Below, in pieces: positions 52,078 to 64,000 of a DNA stretch of 64,000 nt. The stretch is from Octopus sinensis (taxonomy: Eukaryota): the NCBI RefSeq assembly GCF_006345805.1, contig NC_042998.1:67456001-67520000 (forward strand), written 5' to 3'. How positions within the stretch are numbered: the stretch's first letter is position 1; each line of letters opens with the position of its first letter. The notes beneath the pieces are model-generated. The model saw only the letters and a program-made list of their open reading frames with translations. It was not told where the DNA came from and did not search any database. The position numbers and the translations under genes are program-made.

Positions 52078-52700
52078 ACACACGCACAAACATTTATTTG
52101 CGTGTATGTGTGTGTATGGATAATCCATTATTGCCAACGTTATGGCTTCATCATCATTGTTAAAAATAGTCTCATATTGTTATATGTTTATTTTGCATCC
52201 ACATAACAGTCATTATTGCATGAAGCACCACCGTTTTTAACGTCAGTTTATCAGTATGTTTATCTGTTATCCTTTATATCCGGAACCACAATACAATTGT
52301 AAACTTTATCCCCGTTACTAAGATACAACTCACAAATACGCATACATAGACGCAGTACCTATGTATACTCTTATACATACATAGTTATATATACACACAG
52401 ACTCACAGAGAATCACACACACACATATATACATTATATATACATATATGTATATATATAAACATATATGTATATGTACATATATACTTATGTGTATATA
52501 TGTATATATATACATATGTGTATATATGTATATACGTATATACATATATATATATTTATATACATATATGTATATATGTATATATGCATATATATATGTT
52601 TATATATACACATATATGTACACATGTATATCTATGTGTATATATATATATATACATACATAAATGTATATATATGTGTGTGTATGTGTATGCTTGTGCA
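51680..52700. repeat. TA/TG/CA low-complexity block
   Basis: Direct reading. Confidence 0.85.
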
Positions 52701-54065
52701 TGCGTATGTATCGCATCCTCTCTCTCCACACACCCACACATAAATATCTTTGAACCACACACACACACACACACGCACAAAGATGAGTATTGGCTTGTTT
52801 AGGCTGCTTAAATGGGAAGAAGACGATTCAAGAGAGGAGTGGTAATTCTTTTTTAAGGTTATGTTGTTGTTCTCATTGTTGTTGGTGGTGGAAATGAATA
52901 TTGCTGTGAAAGAAAAAAAAAGTGAAAAAGCGGAAGTTATCGAAGGGAAACTGTCACGTTTGAATGAATTTGCAGAATTAACTTGAAACAGAGAATGGAG
53001 CGATTGCTGATGCCAATAGTGGTAGTGATGCTGCTGCTGCTGCTGCTGATGATGATGATGATGGTAAGAATATTGTTGATGCTGCCGGTAGTGATTACAA
53101 TAGCTTATGATGATCAAGGTGACGATGGTGGTGAAGATAGTCGTAATGATCTCGATGATCATGAGAGCAGTGAGAAATAATAATCTTGATAATAATGATA
53201 ATGGCAATAATGCTGTAATGATAGTGGTGATGATTATGATGATGTGGAAGAGGTACAGGCGACCAAGGATAGGAAAAAAGTACATGGGAAATGAAGAAGT
53301 GGAAACGATGGTTAATTAAATTTGGTGCCTCTTACATGCAAATATAAGTTTATTATTTTTCTATCTCAAGCATCATTTGTACAGACATATTTAACACATC
53401 GATACATACACACATACATACATACATACATACATACATACATACATACATACATACATACATACATACATACATACATACATACATACGTACGTACGTA
53501 CATACATGCATTCCCATACAAAAACGCGCGTATATATATATGCATCCGTGTGAGTGTAGAAATGAAAGAATGTAAAACTTAAAGTATATTTCTTTGGAAG
53601 TACGTATTTCATAACAGTTTGACTCAGTTCTTCTGCGCTTAATTTATGTGAGTTCGTCAGACATTTAGAGACTGTCTCCTAGCATTTGAAAAGGAAGAGG
53701 TATTCTCTACTCCCACTAATCTTTAATATTTCAAATACACATATGCGTGCGAGAGTGTGCGTTGTGTCTAAATCAACGTTGCTACCTAAAGTACATCACG
53801 TTGTTCTTGGCGGAGACTTATATTAATGTTCTCTGCAGACCCTTTAGTCATTTACATACCAATATAATGAGCGGTTAGCAGTTGAGTGAACTAACAGGCT
53901 TTCGAAATCGAAGGAAAACTAGCCACATTGCTTTATAAATAAATAAATATATATATATAAATTTAAAATAATATGGATGAAAAATTGAATATTACTTTGA
54001 TTAATATCAATTTAAAACAAGTGGTCTGGAATATAGAAAAATCTTACCACGCAGCCATTTTGGAG

Positions 54066-54168
<103 letters not shown>

Positions 54169-54185
54169 TATATATATATATATAT

Positions 54186-54345
54186 AATTGCAACCTAAAC
54201 ATACAAGACTGGAAAAAACCCAACAAATTAACTTTCAATGAAAGTTTTAATTAGCAAATAGGAGTGGAAATGACATTTCGAACATGGCTCTTCGTCGGAA
54301 AAGGGAAATAGACCTAGAGAGTAGGAAAAAGGGGAAACAGCAGAT
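54186..54345 (-). mobile_element. Short element with degenerate minimal HHR motif
   Basis: Reverse complement UUUU-CCGACGA-A-GAGCCAUGUUC-GAAA-UG-UC^AUUU at 54268-54302; abuts (TA)n at 54070-54185. Confidence 0.55.
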
Positions 54346-54575
54346 AGTCTGTAGAAAGCATGGGTGTTGTTACAGACTTTCTCTTAAACTGTAGAAAAAA
54401 AAGAATTTTCTTACCCAAATTCCGATTTCAACAAATATCTTTAACAACTTTATGTAATTGCTTTAATATTAAACATGATGCAGCTGACATACCAATGAAG
54501 TTTTCGAGTATTAGACTCCTTTAAATACTTGTTCAACCTACAGCAAAACGTTTCCATTACGTTCAACTCTTTCTA

Positions 54576-54621
<46 letters not shown>

Positions 54622-55465
54622 AATCTTGCTGTCAATTCATCGTTCATTGAGTCGTCACTCTATCATATTTGTTGTTTCCTATCATACAGCTTTGGCCATA
54701 TATTTCCCAATGAAAATAAATGCATCGTCATTTACTTTCTCATTAGTTCATCAGGAGTAACGATATTTTAACATTTCTTTCACTATATAACAAAATGCAC
54801 TGACCAACATTGTCGATTAGAAAACATTCCCAGCCCTAAATAATATATTCATGCTCACGCCGATGTGAAAACATTTAAATTTTATAAATGGTAAAAAAAA
54901 ATAATATTAAAAAAACGGCAGTGCTCCTTCGTCTTTTGTAAACCTTTCATTCTCGTTTATTCCTTGTAAACAATACGTTTTTGAACTGAGGCCTTGTCGT
55001 ATAGGTCAATAGCATCACTACGAGTGAGTGGATAAACTAAAGAAAGTGGCACTCTGTACAACAAACGACATATCTACCACGGCTTTCGAATAACACAAAC
55101 ACGCACGCAAATATTTAAAATGATACCTTCAATAGATACCCAAAAATTAATTTAAAAAATAATCCCAATCACTGCTATAATCCACAGCGTGATACTTTTA
55201 GGTCACTTGACCATTTAACTTCCTACTACTATCACATCACCTCTCTTCTCTTTCTCCTTCTTCTTCTTCGTCTTCTTCCTCTCCTCCACCTCCTTCTTTC
55301 CTTTACTGCTATTACTGTTTCGAATAACTCCTACGCAAATATCATAAACAATACATTCAAAAGAGATATCTCAAGAATTCAGTCATTACTACTATCCACA
55401 ACAAGTCACATTCGACGCACTTGACCATTTAACATCCTACTACTATCATGGCACTCTCGAATTAT

Positions 55466-55560
55466 TATTCTCCTCCTCCTCCCCCTTCTTCTTCTTCTTC
55501 TTCTTCTTCTTCTTCTTCTTCTTCTTCTTCTTCTTCTTCTTCTTCTTCTTCTTCTTCTTT
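55466..55560. repeat. (TCC)n-(TTC)n microsatellite
   Basis: Direct reading. Confidence 0.95.
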
Positions 55561-56049
55561 TCTGCCAAGAATTCACAACGACATCGAACCAACAAGTATA
55601 AGCAAGAGACACAGAAACTATAAGCAAAACAAGCAGAAACAGTGAAAATGTACCCTGTATTTGAATACTCTTCAAATATTCTTTTAAAAAAATTTCAATT
55701 TTTCCAAAATTTAATTGTTTTCCATACTTACATATGAAAAAGTCTCAATGACTGAAACAGGTACTGAAATGCTTTTTATAAAATTATTTATCCATATGAT
55801 AAAAACGTTTAGAATATCATATTGATCTTTAATGGTTGGAGGCTATGTCTAATAAAACCGGAGAATATTCATGGAATCAACTAGTTATATTTTAATATAA
55901 CCTTTGCTTTCGTAAGATAATACCTTTTAGAGAATATTGTAATTGGTAATATGCTTATAGATAGATTTGCTACCTGGTGATTTTTTGTTCGGTGAAATAG
56001 TGTCGTAATAATTTCTACACACTCATTTCCCAGCATATCTTTTATCTAT

Positions 56050-56232
56050 TATTTGCTTCAGTCATTAGACTTCTGCCATGCTAGAGCACCGCTCTGAAGA
56101 GTTCTTAGTCGAATGAATCGGCTCCAGTATTTATTTTTCAAGCCTGATATTCATTCTATAAGCCTCTTTTACCGAGCTGATAAGTTACGAGTCATCTACA
56201 AAGCAACACCGGTAGCCAAGCGGTGGGAACGT

Positions 56233-56240
<8 letters not shown>
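56050..56240 (-). mobile_element. SINE family B, 3' half
   Basis: CTTCAGTCATTAGACTTCTGCCATGCTAGAGCACCGC. Confidence 0.8.
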
Positions 56241-56277
<37 letters not shown>

Positions 56278-56299
56278 ACAGACATATATATATACATAT

Positions 56300-56360
<61 letters not shown>

Positions 56361-56361
56361 C

Positions 56362-56880
56362 TTTTTATCCAAGGCGAGGCAATGCGAGCAATAACCACAG
56401 GAACATCACAAAATTCAAATATAGACCAAACACATACAAATACATCCTGATGAGAAGAGTGCCAATTTTAAATACTATCTTAAGTACTGATATGTCTAAT
56501 ATTAATTGGCACATCCCCGAAACGGCCCGTAGATGGACTTCTGTATATCTTATATTTTTGTAAGCTTGTATATGTATTATATTCTATGTACTATTCGCCT
56601 GAATTTTATTCGTCTTTTGATATGCCATATTTTTATTTTATTATCATTATATTTATTTCTCTTATTCTAACAGTTTTAAGCGTGTTATATGCAAAATTCA
56701 TATTTATATTTATATTTATATTTGTGTATGATACAAATATTACTGAATTTTTTAATGTTTTAAAATGTCGGACTGTTTAGATATAAATTAATATATAAGA
56801 TTTGTATGTGTTTGGTCTATCTTTGAATTTTGTGATGTTCATGTGGTTGTTGCTCGCATTGCCTCCCCTTGGATAAAAAA
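56362..56880. mobile_element. 80-bp inverted repeat enclosing an HHR (pLTR-like)
   Basis: 56362-56441 versus the reverse complement of 56800-56879: 4 mismatches. Confidence 0.8.
56443..56535 (+). ncRNA. Type I hammerhead ribozyme, apparently intact
   Basis: CAUC-CUGAUGA-G..GUGCCAAUU...AAUUGGCAC..C-GAAA-CGGCCCG-UA^GAUG. Confidence 0.8.
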
Positions 56881-56984
56881 GTGTATACAGCTCATTGGAG
56901 CACTTCTATTTCCAGTCCGTTGTATATCTTGAGCGTTGTTGTCACTCAGGATATAGCTTTATATTTTTTATATATATAATATGC

Positions 56985-57125
56985 ACGGCGGTTCTCTTTC
57001 AATTTCCGCCTAACAAATATCCAGCCAAAGGAATTTCGTCCGTCCAAGCTATAGTATAAATCACTTGTCCAAAGATCCAGCAATAGGACTGAACCCGGAG
57101 CCATGTTCACAAAGCCACGCCTGTG
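56985..57125 (-). mobile_element. SINE family B, degenerate 5' half
   Basis: GGACTGAACCCGGAGCCATG...AGCCACGCCTGTG. Confidence 0.7.
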
Positions 57126-57436
57126 ACTAATTCATGAAAAAATTTGTCTTTATCAGTAATATAAGAAATGCTGAGTTGTGACGATTGGGGAAAAGGCTCA
57201 AATTCCCGAGGAAAAGAATGGTAATTTATTTTATTGACCACAGAAATATGAAAACCACCGTGTAATGCTATACCGCTATATAGCTGTTAACCCGATTATC
57301 TTCCACATCGTAATCATCGTTAGTGTTTTAATCAACAATACATATTAAGGAGCAAGACGTTTTTAACAATTTACCGTAGCACAACCATTCCCTGATTGAC
57401 TAAAAATAACAATATTGACGCCTAATGTCCTACACA

Positions 57437-57671
57437 TTTTTTTGTTTGTTCCTTCTCGAGCCACGTCTCGCTCATAAGGGCCGGTTGTCCGGTTTCCTTG
57501 GCGTATAGATTCCCACCTGGACGGGACGCCGGTCCGTCGCAGGTGAGCTGCAAGATGCGTGGAGTTTAGGTGTTTCGCTCATAATCTCACATATATCCCG
57601 GTCTGTGATTCGAACCCTCGATCCCTCGACCGCGAGTCCGCTGCTCTAACCACTAGGCCATGTACCTTCAC
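57437..57671 (-). mobile_element. SINE with tRNA-Arg-like head and a body distinct from family C
   Basis: Reverse complement TGGCCTAGTGGTTAGAGCAGCGGACTCGCGGTCGAGGGATCGAGGGTTCGAATC; CTGGACGGGACGCCGGTCCGTCGCAGG domain. Confidence 0.85.
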
Positions 57672-59073
57672 AACGTCCTACCAATAGATATATCTAATTT
57701 TATATTTCTATGACGAAATATTGTTTCCATTTTACAGCATCCTAGAAATGCACATGACTGATATAGGTGTCATTATGTTTATTAAGAATCTCTGCCCTTC
57801 CCCAAGAAGTTTTCTTAGGTGAAAAATTTCAGATTCGATTAGTGCGATCGAGTTGATTACAATACTGTAAAATAGAGATTGTTGGACTGCATGACACAGA
57901 TCCACCCAACACAAAATTTACAGCCATAAATATTGTCCCATATGTTAGAACCTAGCTATTTTTATTCTATTTTGTTTATTTTTTTAAGATGAATTTTTAG
58001 AAACTTTAAAGTGTTTCGTTGCTTACATAAATACTTTAATATCAGATTTGCTGATGTAATTGAATGTTAAAGACTGAAGAAAAAAGTTCAGTTATAGAAC
58101 AATAAAAATCTATCATTAAGCTGTATAAAATCAGTGACATTCTCTTGTTTCATTGAGAGAATTGTATTTGTTCTAAAGTAAAATTCCGTTGTGGACATGC
58201 GTGCCAAATATGCTTTTATACCTATCTTTCACATCATGGTGCTCTCTACACTCTCTCCTCACCCAAACAATCCGCTTCATTTATTTCCTCGCCCCTTTTT
58301 TCTCAGAGTTTTCGAGACAAATCATCCAAGCGATGCACTCAATACAAGGTAAACGTTCACAGAAAGAAGAGTATTTTTCACTGTACTTGTATTTTTTGCA
58401 ACAATTGGATTTTAGCAATTAAAACTGAACAGCAACTGTATCAAAATACTGGTATCGGAGTGCATGTGCAGACGCTCTGTACAATTCCATTCTCCTGGCC
58501 AAACTAATACAAAAATATATCTCTTTGCGTGTATCTTTATCATTTCATACAGTTTTCTATCACAATACTTCGCATTTGTCACGTTCACTGGATAGCGTTA
58601 AAATATTACATAGCAACAAGTTATGCATGGATATCTAGTTTTCAGTTTTGAAATATCACAGATGCAATGTTTTCCGCACACATATTGCCAACATATAATT
58701 GTGAATGGAGAAAATGTTTATGCTTTATTCACAGAAAGATACAATAAATAAATAAAACTCAAACGCCCGTTCTGGGAATTTTCATTTTTTTTATTTTTAT
58801 GCATTTCGTTTCTCTCAGTTGATACAGTGAGTGAATTCGTAAAATGGTAATCAAAAGAGTTAAGTTAGCGACATATCGATTGTCTGTTTATTGATTATTG
58901 ATATTTAGTATGTTTAGTCTGAGTTACTAAACATATTTCATTATGCTCAGTTTGAACTAAATTATATATATATATATATATTTATATATATTTATATATA
59001 TATAGAAGGATAAAAATTTTTTTAAATCTTTTATCAGTGGCCAGAATATAAAAATAGACTATTGAGGTGAAAT

Positions 59074-59132
<59 letters not shown>

Positions 59133-59269
59133 TAATAAAGGACATACATGTTTAACTTTGTGATGACTTTTAATGTGGCAGGAGGATTTAGCGTGTATTT
59201 TCAGTATATCGGCTAGAATTTTTCTATGCCATTAATTATAATTATTTTTATATACATACATACACACAC

Positions 59270-59326
<57 letters not shown>

Positions 59327-60880
59327 GGTGGGGATGGAGTAGAGCTTTACCATTTAAACATGTACTTAAAACACAACTGCGTTCTAGGTTGTTCTTTTTA
59401 AAGACATGTGGATCTCAGTTCCCTATAGTTTGTTTAAAACAATGATATGCTGGACTCAATCGTTATAATTTCTATCCCTAGACATAATATACATAAACGG
59501 AAAAACGTACCGTGCGGATAGTTTATAGATCTCACAATCGGAAATCTAATCTACGGTATTAATGTGAGTATACGTCAATGAAAAAGACCCCGCCCAAGGC
59601 AAAGACATCAAGCCGCACCAATACCACTTTATCTCGAAGTTTTGTCTAATTAAGTCAATATATATATATAAATGTCAATGGTGGGGCTCGCAACTTTACT
59701 CCGAACGAAAACCAGCGAGAAAATCTGAGAGAATTATAAAAATATGTTAGATATTAGAGAGAAGAAAATAGAAGACATTCGTATTTCGAGCATGATTATA
59801 ATACAGTCATTCACACGTGCCTTACGGACATATATTTATGTATATGCGCCTGAGCGTGCATTACGAGAATATATGCATAAACTGATGTTCATGCAGTTGT
59901 ATATCCTTGTAAATATATAACACGTATGAGTGTGCATGAATATTCAGTTAAGTAATTGCGCGGTGTCTATGTACACGTGAGTATGCATATGTATGAATAA
60001 CTTGTCAATGCAAATAGATGCGCGTCTATGTGCTTAGGCGTGCACTTGCATAGTTCTACAGATATGTTTGTACATTAATAAAGTCTGCAGTGCGTGTATA
60101 TGCATATATTTTGTTGAAATATATGCATGTGCACGTATGTACACGTGTGCCATTGCTATTCGCCGAAGATAAACATACACATGTGTATAAAAATACTAAA
60201 TGACGCACGGCTTCTTTTGGACATTCTAGGTATCGTCTTTCATCTTACGTGTTTAAAATCATGTTTTGTAATTTAAAGTCTTTTTCTCAGTATAACGTTT
60301 TCTATTTCATTCGATTCCAACTCTTTTCCGTTCTACGTTTCCACCTTTTTTCATTTACGTAATATTGATTTACTCATATTCTCTGTAACAAGCGATTTTT
60401 CCAGGGAAAAATATATTTCCCTGGAGAAGTTTTCGTCAATGTTTTCATGAAATCCTTTATGTTATTCCATATAATTTTCTATGGCAATTCATTGTCAGAC
60501 GGACGCATTTTACACACGCATAGTCTCTAATCTCAACTACAAAGACTCTGCACCTGAAATATATAGAAGAATAACACCCTGTCATTAAGTAATCAACCTC
60601 CAGCTTTTGATTCAAATGTTCCCTGGACATGTTGAGTTATGGATTTGTGTTTTAAAACAATATACATCGGAGGGAGACGAAAATCACGTTGTTTCCGTGA
60701 TATATATGAGAAAAAGTCTTCAATTACACAGACATTGATAATATACCTCTAAAATTTTTTTAATTATTTTATGAAATAAGACTTATATAGTGGAGCATAT
60801 TTGTGAGTATTTTATACATACACTCATATCCAAAACAAGAAAAAATAAAGGGTGGCTAACAATAAAATGAAACGTATATT

Positions 60881-61248
60881 CTTTTCTACTATAGGCGCAA
60901 GGCCCGAAATTTTGGGGGAGGAAGCCAGTAGATTAGATTAACCCCAGTATATAACTGATACTTAGTTTATCAACCCTGAAAGGAAGAAAGGCAAAGTCGA
61001 CCTCGGCGGAAATACCTATTTCTTTACTACCCACAAGGGGCTAAACACAGAGAGGATAAACAAGGACAGACAAACGGATTAAGTCGATTACATCGACCCC
61101 AGTGCCTAACTGGTACTTAATTTATCGACCCCGAAAGATGAAAGGTAGAGTCGACCTCGGCGGAATTTGAACTCAGAACGTAACAGCAGACAAAATACGG
61201 CTACGCATTTCGCCCGGAGTGCTAACGTTTCTGCCAGCTGGCCGCCTC
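60881..61248 (-). mobile_element. Composite (dimeric) SINE family A with one 17-bp TSD pair
   Basis: AAAATGAAACGTATATT at 60864-60880 and 61249-61265; one full unit plus the 3' part of a second unit. Confidence 0.85.
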
Positions 61249-62473
61249 AAAATGAAACGTATATTAGAGTGAAATGTGTTTATATGTGTGTGACAGAGTG
61301 GGATATATTGGTCCGAGTACCTGTACCTGTGTGTATTCCTCTCAAGCGGTGTAAACCGTTACATTCGAGCATAGGTACTCCGTTCAGACTCTGTTATACC
61401 CTTTCTAATATTGTGTGAAAAAAAAAAAAATCATTGATTGACGTGCCACAACCTGGTCGCAGTTAGTAATTAAAACCAGTAAAATAACAAAATATGTTCA
61501 TTCTGAATTATTGTATTGATTCTTCTTCCAGTGTGCGGCTCTACGTGTTTAAATAGCAGTTGACTCTATGATGTGGGTTCAATACGTTGGTCCATCGGAA
61601 GAATAGGCATTTTTTAGAGATTTGATTTTGAAAAACCACTGAAGTCTGCAACATGCACTGTAAGCCTAAATAAGTTTCTAGAAACACGAGTCTATATAGA
61701 AACCCAGGTATTTATTTAGATATCTTATCTGCTACTATAATGTCATTCGTGGAACTGGCAGGTGTACTATGGTTTAGAAATTTATCACATTTTTTTATGA
61801 TAGCGTCAGAAGAGAAAGGGTAGCGTCATGACACACTTGCAGAGCCACCAGGATTGGTAGGGATATTAAACTAATGTATCCACATAGGGGTTTGCTGCTA
61901 AGGAGAATACCCAAACAAAATAGACTGCTCTAAACCTGCATCCGGAAGGTCGTCTTAAAGCGGTTGATGGATGGCAACTGTCACATTATATATACCTAGT
62001 GCATAGAGACTTTATTTCAAAATTTTCTTGCCAAATAGATAGTACAGCGACTAATTATATTTATATTATAAGTGATTCTCGCAGTATGATCACGAAACCT
62101 TATAGCTTCGAAATGAATGTTTCATCCACACAGCTATGATTGAGCCTGAATGGTATAACAATTAAATTGAAATTTCATACTCGAAGCAACTTTGAGTGTC
62201 CGAAGTAGAAAACATTACAGCCTTCATTTCCGGACATGTCTCACCTTGGGCCATATTTAATGTTAGGTAACCTTAGCCACGGCAGTTAAATGATCTCGTC
62301 ATGCGCAGTGTCGACGATACAACTATCGACTTTTGGCTTCTAGAACACTTTCTACACTGCTAGTGGTAATTACCAATGAGCTACTAATAGACTCTTTGTG
62401 TCTATTAATTCTATTAAAATGCTCCATCCTTCCTTCTCTCCATTTTCTATTCTCCACCGCACAATATCAATCG

Positions 62474-62474
<1 letters not shown>

Positions 62475-62533
<59 letters not shown>
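62475..62533. repeat. (CT)n microsatellite
   Basis: Direct reading. Confidence 0.95.
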
Positions 62534-62537
<4 letters not shown>

Positions 62538-63151
62538 GGCTCATCATCTCCCCTCGTTCAGTCTCTCACCCGCATTCTCTATATCTCTCAGTTTTATATT
62601 ATATCCCAGTCACAAATTTTCTATCACTGACAGAGGGAATATATTTATCTTTCCCAATAAACGACCAGTCTCATAAAATGACTGTAAACTATGGCAGTGA
62701 AAAGGCCTTAAATAAACGTAATTATGTGCTACTCTAATCGAACGTACTACCTGAAGCTGTCCGCTATTCCAATTAAAGACGCCTACATAACCGCAACCGA
62801 CGTGAATCAGTTTCTCCAAGCTGTCTCCTTATAATTCAATATAACAGCTTTTAGTAGTTTATTTCAATGTTTCTTATCCACACTTTCTACTTCTCATTTT
62901 CACGTCTTTTTCTTTATTTCTCCACGCCCATTTGTTGTCTTCATTTCTTTCTTTACTTTAACACTCGTTACTATAAAATTGGAAGAATTTTGTCTGTGAA
63001 GGTAATATTTTGTCCAACAGTCTTGCAGTCCGTTAGTTCGTGTTATCTTCTGGTAAAGTTTGCTTTAAATGCAATTGAAATGAATCAGAAAAGTTATTGT
63101 ATATTGAGAAGTAAGAGCAGAATATTTCCGATTTTTAATTAGTTATTCTTA

Positions 63152-63372
63152 TTCCGAGCGCTGGCAGAATCGTTAGAGCGTTGGACAAAATCTCTAGCAG
63201 ATTTTCTTCCGACTCATTACGTTCTGATTTCAAATTCCGCCAGGAGTCAGTTTATCATTTGACCCATTTAATAAAGTTAAGTACCAGTCCTGCAACTAGG
63301 GTCAATGCTTTCGACTAAAACACTCCCATCGAAATTGCCGCTCTGTTCCTAAAACTTAAAACCCTTGTTATT
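63152..63372 (+). mobile_element. SINE family A, degenerate
   Basis: GCTGGCAGAATCGTTAGAGCG head; GTTCTGATTTCAAATTCCGCC; TTAAGTACCAG core. Confidence 0.75.
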
Positions 63373-63511
63373 GTTGTGAAATGCTACTTTAGCAAAGGCG
63401 GAAGTAATACTTTGATACTTTGATACTTTGATAGGTTTCGGCCATTATTGGCCCAGGCCATGTCTAACTTAATAGCACCACCTGGTGTAATAATTTTAAA
63501 AAAATATATAG

Positions 63512-63598
63512 TACAGTATTGTTTCTACTTCGCGGATTTTCACCTATCGCGTGGTGTTCTGGAACGTTACACCCGCGATAGTTGAACCGATTACTGGA
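63512..63598. mobile_element. Short pogo/Tigger-like MITE
   Basis: TACAGTA...TCGCGGATTTTCACCTATCGCG...CCCGCGATAGTTGAACCGATTACTG, related to 25619-25790. Confidence 0.55.
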
Positions 63599-63711
63599 AT
63601 CGACTTACCCCTCACCCAAAATTGCTCGCCTTTTGAAATCAATATTATTATAGGCGGTAATTTGACAGAATCTTTAGCACGCCGGGCAAAACGCATAACA
63701 GCATTTCGTGT

Positions 63712-63960
63712 GTCTTTATGTTCTGAGTTCAAATTCTGCCTAGGTTTTCTGTCATCATTGTCACAAACTTTAGATTTACCCCCTACCCTGAAATTATTGG
63801 CCTTAGGCCAAAATGTCAAATCCTTATTACTGCCATTGCTCACACACTGCTTAATTCCCTTTCGTCATATTTGCATTGTGGAAGGCGGTGAACTGGCAGA
63901 AACGCCAGTATGCTTCCGGATGTTTTTCCAAGGTATACGTGAGTCATTTTTTACGGTATT
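63712..63960 (+). mobile_element. Two truncated SINE family A copies
   Basis: Heads AGGCGGTAATTTGACAGAATC at 63712 and AAGGCGGTGAACTGGCAGAAAC at ~63882. Confidence 0.75.
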
Positions 63961-64000
63961 TTCAGAGTCTTAACATCGTTTTGTTTTTGTATCAGTGTTT

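Noticed and set aside
52632-53319. 217-aa and overlapping ORFs with polyH/Q/I/T
   Set aside because: Degenerate GAT/GCT/AAT triplet repeats are open on both strands, typical of low-complexity non-coding DNA
60398-60429. 10-13 bp hairpin TCCAGGGAAA/TTTCCCTGGA
   Set aside because: Too short to exceed chance expectation in 64 kb; no associated element seen

Overview
AT-rich, repeat-dense eukaryotic (animal) non-coding DNA. The SINE families and the density of (TA)n, (TATG)n and (GATA)n tracts resemble repeats I know from coleoid cephalopods, probably Octopus; this is inference, not a database result. I can support no intact host protein-coding gene, and most supplied ORFs are translations of microsatellites. 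Contents: about 30 tRNA-derived SINE copies or fragments from at least 3 families, decayed Tc1/mariner and pogo/hAT-like DNA transposons and MITEs, two LINE remnants (an RT fragment and a restriction-like endonuclease C-terminus), a tRNA-Asp-like pseudogene with an internal duplication, and 5 interstitial CCCTAA repeats. The main unexplained signal is a set of short non-coding elements that mostly abut (TA)n tracts and carry type I hammerhead ribozyme (HHR) motifs. Five have an intact catalytic core and stem I (36376-36470 minus, 56443-56535 plus, a divergent pair in a palindrome at 7971-8115, and 48960-48994 plus). Several others are minimal or degenerate (8670, 12790, 17263, 24543, 43793, 54268). 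They sit in long inverted repeats or in monomer-plus-terminal-redundancy units, the architecture of Penelope-like pseudo-LTRs or retrozymes, yet I found no Penelope ORF in the window. All analysis was by eye: SINE and microsatellite boundaries are approximate, the microsatellite list is representative, and no ribozyme activity has been shown.
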